A DNA stretch of 25,956 nucleotides, taken from assembly GCA_043718025.1 (NCBI GenBank), contig JAYSWN010000136.1:1-25956 (forward strand), in the 5' to 3' direction. The position numbers were made by a program, and so were the translations under genes. The stretch comes from Pseudomonadota bacterium. Lineage in GTDB: Bacteria > Bdellovibrionota > FAC87 > UBA2466. Numbering within the stretch: position 1 is the first letter of the stretch; every line of letters begins with the position of its first letter. Below the pieces are notes generated by a model that did not search any database, was not told the origin of the DNA, and saw only the letters and a list, made by a program, of their open reading frames with translations. Below are positions 1-9,071 of the stretch, in pieces.

Positions 1-2
1 TG

Positions 3-281
3 ATTCTTAAGGAAGTGGGTTATCGCAGTGTGGATCGCGGTTTTGTGGATCCGTTCACCTACGCCGGAACCGGTATTTACAATTCAAGCCATCAGGCGGC
101 AGCGTTCGAGGCGGTGTTTGCTTCGTTCTTTACCAATCCTGAGTACCGAAATTTTGACGGCATCGTGTTTTGGGATGCGTCGGTAGACACGACTCGCCAC
201 GGCTCGGCCGATCTCGGCTTTAGCCCCATCGGCAAAGGGGATTCGGAAAGCGTGCTTTTTAGATACTTCAGCATGCCGTAA
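3..281 (+). CDS. C-terminal part of a glycoside hydrolase family 113-like (TIM-barrel) protein, truncated by window start
   Basis: Frame is open from base 3 (ILKEVGYRS...). The motifs EVGYRS, Q-AAAFEA, GIVFW and FSPIGK-SE-VL-RYF resemble the GH113 C-terminus (E-x-G-Y-x-S nucleophile region; FTP-x-GK-x-AE). Family recalled from memory. Confidence 0.6.
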   Translation: MLKEVGYRSVDRGFVDPFTYAGTGIYNSSHQAAAFEAVFASFFTNPEYRNFDGIVFWDASVDTTRHGSADLGFSPIGKGDSESVLFRYFSMP

Positions 282-289
282 TTGAGATT

Positions 290-357
290 GCCCCGTCACG
301 TTAGCATTGCACTTCGGGGGGAGCTCGGGGGGCACCTAGCGGGGCGGGGCTTTTTTT
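290..357 (+). terminator. Long intrinsic-terminator hairpin followed by T7
   Basis: GCCCCGTCACGTTAG (290-304) pairs with CTAGCGGGGCGGGGC (336-350); inner stem 308-318/324-334; TTTTTTT at 351-357. Lies between convergent genes. Confidence 0.75.
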
Positions 358-3205
358 ATTCAGACCAGCGGACCAACATTTTTTTCACGGCGGCGAAGGT
401 GGAGTAGTTTTCAGTATTGAGGGGCAAGGTTTTAAACCAATCGAGGTATTGGTTGGCGAGCGGAATCAGTTTTTGAACTGGAACCCCGCGCTCATCCTCA
501 AAAAATAGACGGTGAAAAAGGCATTCGCCGTACAGCGGGTCTTTCTTGGCGACCGTTTTGGCACAGCTTTCGAACCACTTGATGACCTCTTCTCGCGGAA
601 ACTGCACCAGCGGTCCATTGAATTGCCTTAGACCCCTTAGCGACTCGTCTAATTGTTTCTTCTCTTTTCTGCCAAAGCGCACCGGGACTTTTAAAAGTTG
701 GCTAAATGGCAGTAGAGCGGCCAGGGGATAGCGCTGCGAGATTGACTTATCCCACTGCTCTTGTGGTGAGAGTAGCGCTCCCAGCACATAGGTCTCTTGG
801 CATAAATTGGGTTGAAGCGAATGCTGATTCAAACAGTAAACCCGTTTCAATTCGCGGTAGGCCTCAAGCCGCATGCGCTGGCCCCGTAGATCAGCCAGCA
901 AAAGATTATCGCGGTTGGCCTTGTCGCCGGAAATTTCTCGGCGCAGCACAAATACATCAATATGGTTGCGCTCGAAACGCGCCTGCTCCCAGCCAATAAG
1001 ATTATAGGGGCGATCGAAGCTCCATGGGCGAGACTCTTTTTTGGCGGCCCCAAAAGTGTCGGCGGGGCTTAAGATCTCGTCGGCTAAGATCGTCTCTAGG
1101 TTAGCAATGTCGAGCTGCAAAAGTGAGTTTTTCACCGGCACCGTTTGCAGGCGTTGCCGGGCCAACTGAAAGCGTTTTTCGCTGAGGTGGGTCTTTGAGG
1201 CGAGAATGCCAACCGCGCCTTTATGCAGACTAAACACCCGCACCTCAGGAAACGTGAGTAAGGCAGAGTGCAAGATCTTGGCGAGAAACTCTTTACTTAC
1301 CAGAGTGTGCGGCACCCACTGAAATAGCATGCCGTCTTCGGTGAGTTTTTTATGAACCAGTCGGTAGAAATCGGTGGTGTAAAGATTTTGCGAACCTGGC
1401 CACAACGGCGGGGTAGCATTAAAGACCATGGTGTCCAGAGGCTCTTTTACCTGTAGCAAATAAGGAATTGCTTCTTGCTCGTGCCACCGCACCCGTTTTT
1501 CATCCAGCGGTTCGGTTACCGAGGTGGCCAGCAGGTCTCTTTGTTGCCAAAGCTCGCGCGAAGGTTCCACCACGTCGATTTGAGCCACCGCGTGATAAGC
1601 GCCGATGGCATTCAGTGCTTGGTTAAGCCCAAGCCCAAACAAGGCCGTGCGATTCTGGCGCGCGGCCAATAGATGGGGAATGTGGGCCAACATCAATTCT
1701 GAAAAAATGTCGCGCTGAGTATCGCCCACCCATTGCCCGTTAACGAATAGAGAGCGGGCAAAAATCTGTTCCTGCTGAATGGTGTTGGCGATGCCTAACG
1801 ACGAGTAGGCGGAGTCTTTGTAGTACTCATATTCAAATTTGGTACGCAAGCCGGTGGTGAAGGCGACGTGGCCCTTTTCTAATTGAGGGGTTTTTACCTC
1901 GAACGGCTGTAGGAAATGATAAGGCGAAATTCGCGGTGACATCGCGATTGAGGTGAGTAGCAATAAGCAGCTGGCCAGAGCCATGTTACGCTCGCGCCCG
2001 CGAAAGGTGAGACTCAACGCCAAGGCTTCCGCAAAGGCTAAGAGAAATAGAGCGCTTTTAAAGAGCGAATCGTTTCCGAAAGCGCCTGGCAAGGTGAGGG
2101 CGAGTAACCCGTGCGCAATGGCGGCACCGAGGGCAAACGAGCTGATCAGTTGACCACTGCGAGTGGCATTGCTTTCAGCGCTATGACGATAGAAATGAAA
2201 AAATAACGGCAGGAAACGGCCGTGCGTGAAGAAAGGCAAAAACAGCAGGGCTAGCATGCTGAGCAGAAGCGAAATTTGGTAGGCAACGAAATCGATCTTC
2301 GCGTCGGTGAATTTGGCGCGAATCAAGTGGTGCCAGTACGGCCAGAAGCCCACGCTGAGGTAGAGCGCCAAAAAAAGAAGCAGTCCGGCAAGAAGATAAA
2401 TTCCCAGACGCGAAAGCGGTTGTCGCTTCACGCGCCAAGTACAGGCCCCGGCACCTAAACTCAGAGAAGCCGCAGCAAGAAGCCAGGTTTCGGCCAGCGG
2501 CGAGGGGCCAACCGATAGGGCAACGTACCGTTGAATCGAAGCGAGTAAGATTACCAGGCTCGATCCACACAGAGCGGCGATCACCACAATTTTACGCTGA
2601 TCCGTAATCCAGGCCGTGGGCCGGGGTAGGAGAAAGGGCTCGGCTTTGGGCCGCAGGTGATAGTGCGCTATCAGTGTCATCGCCAGGTGAACCGCGGCTA
2701 GCAGCGTGAGTAAGTTGGTTAGGCCCATCTGGGGCAACCACACCAGGATCGTTAGTAAAGCACCTATGGCCACGCCAAAGAGCAGGGTTCCCCAAATTTT
2801 ACCAAGCGCTTGGCTGCTTTCTTCCGGCGTACTTTCGGTTACCGCAAAGAGAAAAGCGATGAACACGCCGAAGCTGATGCCGTATCCGGCCAGGGGTAGG
2901 AGTAGTAGCGGGGGGAAGGCCCACGAGAAGGCCGCGGTGAAAAGGTATGGAAAGGCCGCCGCGCAAATCCCCATCACTCCCTGCGTGGCCGAAATGGTGA
3001 TCCAGAGCTGACGTGGTTTTTTGAACGCAAGTTGGGCAATGGGCCAAGCGCCTAGCGCTACGCTTAAACAAAACAAAGTGGGGCCAATTGATAACGCGCC
3101 GTGACCAAACAGGATCCGAAGCGGTGACTGCGAAGCCAGGCTAAGCACGGCTAAACAAACGCCAGTAACGCCTGAAAAAGTGAGGATGATAGCGAAGCGA
3201 CGCAT
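356..3205 (-). CDS. Fused multi-pass membrane / spermidine synthase-like (SAM-fold) protein with helical C-terminal extension
   Basis: About 12-13 hydrophobic segments in the N-terminal ~420 aa, then RSLFVNG, LAHIPHLL, TALFGLG, IDVVEPS and NLYTTDFY...LTEDGMLFQW, typical of the fused MFS/spermidine synthase family. Confidence 0.8.
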   Translation of the reverse strand: MRRFAIILTFSGVTGVCLAVLSLASQSPLRILFGHGALSIGPTLFCLSVALGAWPIAQLAFKKPRQLWITISATQGVMGICAAAFPYLFTAAFSWAFPPLLLLPLAGYGISFGVFIAFLFAVTESTPEESSQALGKIWGTLLFGVAIGALLTILVWLPQMGLTNLLTLLAAVHLAMTLIAHYHLRPKAEPFLLPRPTAWITDQRKIVVIAALCGSSLVILLASIQRYVALSVGPSPLAETWLLAAASLSLGAGACTWRVKRQPLSRLGIYLLAGLLLFLALYLSVGFWPYWHHLIRAKFTDAKIDFVAYQISLLLSMLALLFLPFFTHGRFLPLFFHFYRHSAESNATRSGQLISSFALGAAIAHGLLALTLPGAFGNDSLFKSALFLLAFAEALALSLTFRGRERNMALASCLLLLTSIAMSPRISPYHFLQPFEVKTPQLEKGHVAFTTGLRTKFEYEYYKDSAYSSLGIANTIQQEQIFARSLFVNGQWVGDTQRDIFSELMLAHIPHLLAARQNRTALFGLGLNQALNAIGAYHAVAQIDVVEPSRELWQQRDLLATSVTEPLDEKRVRWHEQEAIPYLLQVKEPLDTMVFNATPPLWPGSQNLYTTDFYRLVHKKLTEDGMLFQWVPHTLVSKEFLAKILHSALLTFPEVRVFSLHKGAVGILASKTHLSEKRFQLARQRLQTVPVKNSLLQLDIANLETILADEILSPADTFGAAKKESRPWSFDRPYNLIGWEQARFERNHIDVFVLRREISGDKANRDNLLLADLRGQRMRLEAYRELKRVYCLNQHSLQPNLCQETYVLGALLSPQEQWDKSISQRYPLAALLPFSQLLKVPVRFGRKEKKQLDESLRGLRQFNGPLVQFPREEVIKWFESCAKTVAKKDPLYGECLFHRLFFEDERGVPVQKLIPLANQYLDWFKTLPLNTENYSTFAAVKKMLVRWSE

Positions 3206-3213
3206 GCCCTAAC

Positions 3214-3241
3214 TTATCGGCCAACGCTTGGAAATTATTTA
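3214..3241 (-). promoter_or_regulatory. sigma28 (FliA/SigD)-type promoter
   Basis: Minus strand reads TAAA-N16-GCCGATAA, ending 8 nt before the ATG at 3205. Confidence 0.7.
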
Positions 3242-3246
3242 TAAAA

Positions 3247-4233
3247 TTATTTAACTTCGAAACAGGCAACGCGGTGAGAAATGGCGCCCTTTTTGGCGTC
3301 GAGCGGGGGAGTTTCTCGCCGACAGCGATCGGTAACTAGCGGACAGCGTGTATTAAAGGCGCAGCCACTGGGTGGATTTAAAGGCGATGGCAGTTCGCCG
3401 CGAACCACTCGTTTGGCGTCGGTTCGGTAGCGGGCCGGATCGGGAATCGGCACCGCGGCGAGTAGGGCTTGAGTGTAGGGGTGTTGCGGATTGGCAAAAA
3501 GATCGGCGGACGTTCCGGTCTCAACAATTTTGCCGAGGTACATCACCGCCACGCGATCGCAAAGATAGCGAACCACCGCCAAATTGTGCGAAATAAAAAT
3601 CAGCGACAGGTTGCGTTCACGCTGAATGTTTTTCAAAAGGTTTAGAATCTGGGCCTGTACCGAAACGTCTAGTGACGACGTGGGCTCGTCAGCAATCAAG
3701 ATTTTTGGGTTCAAAATAAGGGCGCGGGCGATGGCGATCCGCTGTCGTTGCCCGCCCGAAAATTCGTGGGGATAGCGCTGTAAAACTTTTTTGGCGAGCC
3801 CCACGCTTTCCAACGTCGCTTCCACTCGCTGTTTAACCTCAGCCGTGGACAGTTTAAAGTGGGTCGTGAGCGGCTCGGCTAAAGTTTCGAAAATCGTCAT
3901 GCGTGGATCGAGCGATGCGTAGGGGTCTTGAAACACCATCTGCACTTGCGTGCGCGCCGCCCGCAAAGGTTCTGCGGCGAGCTGCAAAAAGTCTTGCCCG
4001 CCAATTTCGACACGGCCCGAGGTCGAGGGAATGAGCCTAAGCATGGCCCTTCCCAATGTACTTTTGCCGCAACCCGATTCTCCTACCAGCCCCAGTATCT
4101 CGCCCTCGTGGATGTCTAGCGAAACTCCGTCCACCGCTTTTAACGTGGCCGAAGGCCGAAGCAGCGAAAACGATCTCTGCACTTTGAAATGAACTTTTAA
4201 ATCTTGAATTCGAGCGGTGAGTTCTGAGGTCAT
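3247..4233 (-). CDS. oppF: Oligopeptide ABC transporter ATP-binding subunit
   Basis: Walker A GESGCGKS, signature FSGGQRQR, Walker B ILIADEP, C-terminal oligo_HPY (HPYT...GC-F--RCP...C). Start placed at ATG 4233, which forms an ATGA overlap with the oppD stop. Confidence 0.93.
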   Translation of the reverse strand: MTSELTARIQDLKVHFKVQRSFSLLRPSATLKAVDGVSLDIHEGEILGLVGESGCGKSTLGRAMLRLIPSTSGRVEIGGQDFLQLAAEPLRAARTQVQMVFQDPYASLDPRMTIFETLAEPLTTHFKLSTAEVKQRVEATLESVGLAKKVLQRYPHEFSGGQRQRIAIARALILNPKILIADEPTSSLDVSVQAQILNLLKNIQRERNLSLIFISHNLAVVRYLCDRVAVMYLGKIVETGTSADLFANPQHPYTQALLAAVPIPDPARYRTDAKRVVRGELPSPLNPPSGCAFNTRCPLVTDRCRRETPPLDAKKGAISHRVACFEVK

Positions 4234-5201
4234 GGCGCTAACTCCTCGACGTGACAAAACGTTTGGTGCTGCGCAGATAGTTTTCGCGCCGTCGGAAAAT
4301 TGTTTTCACAGACGTCGACTTTGTACGTGCACCGATCAAAAAACGGGCAACCGGTTTTCAATTTTGTAATGTCGGGTGGCATGCCAGGGATCGAAGGGAT
4401 TTCGGTGGTGGTCACGTCCACCCGAGGCATCGATTTGAGCAAGGCGCGGGTGTAGGGGTGTTGGGAGCGATAGAAAATATCTGAGGCGTCTCCCGACTCA
4501 AAAGATCGGCCGCCGTACATTACCAGCACTTTGTCGGCGATTCCGGCCACCACTCCCAGATCGTGGGTGATGAACAAGATGCTCATGCCGGTCTCTTTCT
4601 GCAGATCTTTTAGCAACTCCAGAATTTGCGCTTGCACCGTAACATCAAGCGCCGTGGTGGGCTCATCGGCAATCAAGAGTTTAGGCTTGGTCAGCAAAGC
4701 CATGGCAATCATCACTCGTTGGCGCATGCCGCCCGAAAATTCGTGCGGGTAGGCGTTTAAAGCGTAGGCGGTGTCTTTAATTCCTACGCGTTCTAGAGCG
4801 CCTTCGGCGGCTTTGAGCGCCTCTTTTTTGGAAACTTTGTGGTGAATGCGCAGCGGCTCGCCCACTTGATAGCCGATTTTTAAGTAGGGATTGAGCGAAG
4901 TCATGGGTTCTTGAAAGATCATGCTGATCTGATTGCCGCGAAATTTTCTTAAATGATCGTTGGAGAGGCTTAGCAGGTCGGTGCCTTCGAATTCAACGCG
5001 TCCCGCATCGATAACCATTGGCGGCTTAGGAATCAGCCCGAGATAAGACATTTGGCTTACCGATTTACCGCTACCCGATTCACCCACGAGGCAGAGCGTT
5101 TCTCCCTTTTCGATTTCAAGATTCAAACCATTCACCGCGCGTGCGATTCCGCGGCGGGTGTGAAAACTAACCCGGAGGTCGGTAATTTTTAGGAGTGCCA
5201 T
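4230..5201 (-). CDS. oppD: Oligopeptide ABC transporter ATP-binding subunit
   Basis: [42 protein letters not shown]. Confidence 0.93.
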   Translation of the reverse strand: MALLKITDLRVSFHTRRGIARAVNGLNLEIEKGETLCLVGESGSGKSVSQMSYLGLIPKPPMVIDAGRVEFEGTDLLSLSNDHLRKFRGNQISMIFQEPMTSLNPYLKIGYQVGEPLRIHHKVSKKEALKAAEGALERVGIKDTAYALNAYPHEFSGGMRQRVMIAMALLTKPKLLIADEPTTALDVTVQAQILELLKDLQKETGMSILFITHDLGVVAGIADKVLVMYGGRSFESGDASDIFYRSQHPYTRALLKSMPRVDVTTTEIPSIPGMPPDITKLKTGCPFFDRCTYKVDVCENNFPTARKLSAQHQTFCHVEELAP

Positions 5202-6112
5202 TAATCACGTGCCCCCTTGGGATCCAAGGCATCGCGTAGCCCATCGCCCAAAAAATTCAGCGAAAACAAAGTGAGGGAAAGGGCTGCGGCCGGAGCAATG
5301 AGCACCCGAGGTGCAATCTCCATCGCTTCCACCCCCGACGAGATTAAGGTGCCCCATGACGCCATCGGGGCCTGAACGCCCAGCCCTAAGAAACTTAAGA
5401 ACGCCTCTTCTAGAATTACGGCGGGTATCGTAAGGGTAAGGTAGACAATGACCGGCCCAAGCGAGTTGGGAATTAAATGGCGAATTAAAATCGCAAAATT
5501 GCTCACTCCGATTGAACGCGCGGCTTCGATAAACTCTTTTTGCTTAAGCGACATCACCTGGCCGCGCACAATGCGGGCCATGGTTAGCCACTGGGTGAAA
5601 CCTAGCGCCACAAACAGCAGCACAAAATTGCGGCCGAAGTAGACCATTAAGATAATGACGAGAAAGATAAACGGCAGGGCGTAAAGCACATCCACCACCC
5701 GCATCATCGCGTTATCGATTTTTCCGCCGAAAAAACCGGCCACGGCGCCGTAAAGCACCCCGATGAAGACGCTGACCAACGATGCTAAAATTCCTACTGT
5801 GAGTGAGATGCGCCCGCCATAAAGCACGCGGGTGAAAAGATCCCGCCCTAAACTATCGGTGCCCCAAATGTAGGTGGCCGAGGGCGGGGCCATGGTGAGC
5901 TCCAAATTTTGCGCGTCGAAAGGGTGCGGCACAATCCAGGGAGTGAAAATGGCGACCAAAAGTTCAAGGGTCAAAAAAATGAGCCCCGCCATCGCAAGTT
6001 TGTTCTTTTTCAAGCGATGAAAGGCATCGCTCCAGAGACTATTTCCTTTTTCCTCGGGTGAAGGAGATGTTGTGAGAGTGTGCGGCATGTCGAGCAAAAG
6101 TGAACTACTCAT
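5201..6112 (-). CDS. oppC: Oligopeptide ABC transporter permease
   Basis: OppC N-terminus SLWSDAFHRLKKNK, GTDSLGRD, EAA loop (EFIEAARSIG), EAFLSFLGLG, GDGLRDALDP. Start at 6112 (overlapping the oppB end) or 6088. Confidence 0.92.
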   Translation of the reverse strand: MSSSLLLDMPHTLTTSPSPEEKGNSLWSDAFHRLKKNKLAMAGLIFLTLELLVAIFTPWIVPHPFDAQNLELTMAPPSATYIWGTDSLGRDLFTRVLYGGRISLTVGILASLVSVFIGVLYGAVAGFFGGKIDNAMMRVVDVLYALPFIFLVIILMVYFGRNFVLLFVALGFTQWLTMARIVRGQVMSLKQKEFIEAARSIGVSNFAILIRHLIPNSLGPVIVYLTLTIPAVILEEAFLSFLGLGVQAPMASWGTLISSGVEAMEIAPRVLIAPAAALSLTLFSLNFLGDGLRDALDPKGARD

Positions 6113-7025
6113 AGCGTACCCTGGGATCAAGTAAGGCGTAAACGATATCCACCAGCAGGTTGCAGAAAAAAATAAGCGTAAAATACAAAAGTGCGGTTCC
6201 CATCACCACGGTGTAGTCGCGGTTGAGTGCACTCTCGACGAAGAAACGACCCAGACCCGGAATGTTGAAGATTGACTCGGTGACCAGGGCCCCGGTGATA
6301 ATGCCGGCCAGGGCGGGACCCAGGTACGAGATTACCGGCAGCAGACCGCCCTTGAGGCTGTGACGAATCAAAATTTGCGCCTCGGTTAAACCCTTCATTC
6401 GCGCCGTGCGGATAAAATCTTGTGAACGAATTTCAAGCATGCCCCCGCGCGTGAGTCGTGAAATATAGGCGGCGTAGGCCAGCCCCAGGGTGAGCGACGG
6501 GAGAATGCGATCCTGCCAAGAGTTCCAGCCCGCCACCGGTAGCCATCCCAACTTTAAAGCGAAGACCAGGACCAACAAGGGCCCGATCACGAAGGTGGGA
6601 AGGGAGATTCCGATCAAAGAAAATGTCATCGGCAGGTAATCTTTCCAGGTGTTGGGGCCGCTCGAAGCGAATAGACCCGCCAAAAGACCAATCACCAAGG
6701 CCCAGAGCAACGAGATGAGGCCAAGCTCGGCCGAGACGGGCAGTGCTTCAAAGATGATTTCGTTCACGGTGCGGTTGGCGTGTTTGAAGGAGGGCCCTAG
6801 GTCGCCTCGTAATAAGTCACCAAGGTAGCGTACGTACTGCATCGGAAGCGGCTCATCCATGTGGTATTTGGCTTCCAAATTTTTAAGTATCTGGGGGGGG
6901 ACCTTTTTCTCTGAATCAAAAGGCCCCCCCGGCGCAAAGCGGATCATAAAAAAAACGATGGTAACCACCAGCAGAAACACTGGCACGAGCACCGCGATTC
7001 GCTTTAGGAGATACTTTACGATCAT
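6105..7025 (-). CDS. oppB: Oligopeptide ABC transporter permease
   Basis: PGGPF, GDLGPS, DFIRTARMKGL, ESIFNIPGLG, DPRVRY. Confidence 0.93.
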   Translation of the reverse strand: MIVKYLLKRIAVLVPVFLLVVTIVFFMIRFAPGGPFDSEKKVPPQILKNLEAKYHMDEPLPMQYVRYLGDLLRGDLGPSFKHANRTVNEIIFEALPVSAELGLISLLWALVIGLLAGLFASSGPNTWKDYLPMTFSLIGISLPTFVIGPLLVLVFALKLGWLPVAGWNSWQDRILPSLTLGLAYAAYISRLTRGGMLEIRSQDFIRTARMKGLTEAQILIRHSLKGGLLPVISYLGPALAGIITGALVTESIFNIPGLGRFFVESALNRDYTVVMGTALLYFTLIFFCNLLVDIVYALLDPRVRYE

Positions 7026-7031
7026 CGCTCT

Positions 7032-8627
7032 TTAATTCCCTTCGCTCAGCGAAAGAGTTTTCATCGGATGATAATCCAGAATATTCGCATGCCATCCCTG
7101 TACGGCCTTACTCTTAAGGTAAACCCGCGTGTAGACGTAAATGGGAATCGTGGGCAGCTCTTCCATGAGAATTGCCTCCGCATCCTGGAAATACTCTAGA
7201 CGTTTTTTCGCGTTTACCTCTTTGGCCGCCTTGGCCACCAGCTCGTCGTACTTGGCATTTTTAAAGCCGGCTTTGTTGTTGCCGTTGTCTGAAACAAACA
7301 TATCCAGAAAAGTATTGGCGTCGTTGTAGTCGCCAATCCAGCCGGCGCGCGACACCATGTAGTTCTTGGTGGTCTGACTATCGAGGTAAACCTTCCACTC
7401 TTGGTTAACCAGGCGAACTTCGATGCCTAAATTTTCTTTCCACATCTGCTGCATGGCTTCGGCAATTTTTTTATGCGCGTCGCTGGTGTTGTACAGCAGA
7501 TCGATCGGCGGCAACCCTTTACCGCCGGGGTAACCGGCTTTTACCAAGAGCTCTTTGGCTTCGCCAATTTTTGACCCGTCTTTGGGCAATCTAGATTTGG
7601 GTTGGAAGCCGCCGGCGCCCGGCGGAGTGAATGCGGTAGCCGGATTTTGCCCGCCGCGGGTGACGTACTTTACGATTCGTTCGCGATCAAAACCAAGGTT
7701 CAAAGCGCGGCGTACCAGCTTATTATCCATCGGCGCCTTATTTACGTTGATCCAGTAGTGGTAGATGCCGAGATAGGGGGATTGTTGATAAACACCTGAC
7801 TTGTCTGCCTGCCAAAAAGGGATCTTCTCTAGCGGCACTTCGTTGGTGGTGTGCAGCCCTTTTGAGCGAAACATTTTTTCTTCGGTGTCTAGCTTTTCCA
7901 CGGGATGAAAACTAACGCGCTCGATTTTTACATTTGCTTTGTCCCAATACGTTTCGCTTTTCTTAAGCGTGATGACTTTGTTCATCTCCCACTTTTCAAG
8001 GGAGTAAGCCCCGTTAGTGACCATGTTTTCCGGTCGCGTCCACTTAGCGCCGTGCTTCTCGATCACCCCTTTGTTTACGGGATAGAGTGAGTGATGGGTC
8101 ATCAGCCCTAAGAAAAACGGAGTTGGGTTTTCGAGCTGTACCTCGAAGGTGAAATCATCAATCGCCTTAAAGCCCAATTGTGAGGCGTCTTTCAACTTAC
8201 CTTCGTTGAACGCCTTACCGTTCTTAACGTAATAGGCCTGGTACGCATATTCCGCCGCGGTGGCCGGAAGCAAAAGGCGGGTCCACGAATACACAAAATC
8301 TTTAGCGGTAACTGGCTCGCCGTTACTCCACTTGGCATTCTTGCGTAGTTTGAAAGTGTAGGTCTTTCCGTCTTTCGAAATTTTCCAGCTTTCGGCCACG
8401 CCCGGTTTTGGTGCCAAGGTTTTAGGGTCGGCGTCGACCAGAGGCTCAAAAAGATTTAGTTCGATGTGATGCTCGGGCACACCGGTGGTGGTGTGGGGGT
8501 CAAGATCTTTGGGTTCGGCCCCATTGCCGTAGTTAAAGTGAGAATTGGGCACCCCAATTAGCGGGGTGGATGTGATTAAAAATAGGGCTAGTGGCTTCCA
8601 GATATTTGCCAGCTTCCTGCGGTTCAT
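7032..8627 (-). CDS. oppA: Oligopeptide ABC transporter substrate-binding protein (SBP family 5)
   Basis: EPKDLDP, PGVAESW, YTFKLR--AKWSNG-PVTA-DF, RAGWIGDY. Start at ATG 8627 follows the RBS AAGGAG, then a signal-like N-terminus. Confidence 0.93.
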   Translation of the reverse strand: MNRRKLANIWKPLALFLITSTPLIGVPNSHFNYGNGAEPKDLDPHTTTGVPEHHIELNLFEPLVDADPKTLAPKPGVAESWKISKDGKTYTFKLRKNAKWSNGEPVTAKDFVYSWTRLLLPATAAEYAYQAYYVKNGKAFNEGKLKDASQLGFKAIDDFTFEVQLENPTPFFLGLMTHHSLYPVNKGVIEKHGAKWTRPENMVTNGAYSLEKWEMNKVITLKKSETYWDKANVKIERVSFHPVEKLDTEEKMFRSKGLHTTNEVPLEKIPFWQADKSGVYQQSPYLGIYHYWINVNKAPMDNKLVRRALNLGFDRERIVKYVTRGGQNPATAFTPPGAGGFQPKSRLPKDGSKIGEAKELLVKAGYPGGKGLPPIDLLYNTSDAHKKIAEAMQQMWKENLGIEVRLVNQEWKVYLDSQTTKNYMVSRAGWIGDYNDANTFLDMFVSDNGNNKAGFKNAKYDELVAKAAKEVNAKKRLEYFQDAEAILMEELPTIPIYVYTRVYLKSKAVQGWHANILDYHPMKTLSLSEGN

Positions 8628-8673
8628 CTTCGTCTCTCCTTGCGATTGGCAATCCGCCACCACGGCTAAGAAT

Positions 8674-8689
8674 TGCAATTGGTTTGCCA
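8674..8689 (-). promoter_or_regulatory. sigma54 (-24/-12) promoter of the opp operon
   Basis: TGGCAAACCAATTGCA on the minus strand with exact GG-N10-GC spacing, 46 nt upstream of the oppA ATG. Confidence 0.65.
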
Positions 8690-9071
8690 GCTTTCCCCCA
8701 GGGAGGCCGGCGTTTCTCTTACAAATTTACTGACTCGACCAGCGGCATAAAACAAAAGCGGGGCTAATTTGGCCCCATCCGCCGGAAAATAATAATGCGA
8801 AGCGTAATTTATCGGCCAATACTAAAAGCGAAACCGTTCGGTAAGCGAGATCTAAAAGTAGCAGCGGAATGAATTAGCCCCCCTAGCCCATTGGTTGAAC
8901 CAGAGAAATCAGCCCAACCTCATGATACCACATCATTTTTTCCTAACTCTCTTTTTGGGAAGGGGTGCATCAAATCGCGTCGTAGCTGAAATCCTTTCGA
9001 TGCGGCATAATTATAGGAGGTAGCGGTTTCGTTTTCCCATCCTCTCTTTTTCTCCCGAACAAGGTAATCAC

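Noticed and set aside
8640..8700. GGCAAACC...TTGCC on the minus strand, resembling a c-di-GMP-I (GEMM) riboswitch beside a diguanylate cyclase
   Set aside because: Lacks the GAAA tetraloop stem, GACGCAAA junction and P3. The same bases fit a sigma54 promoter better.
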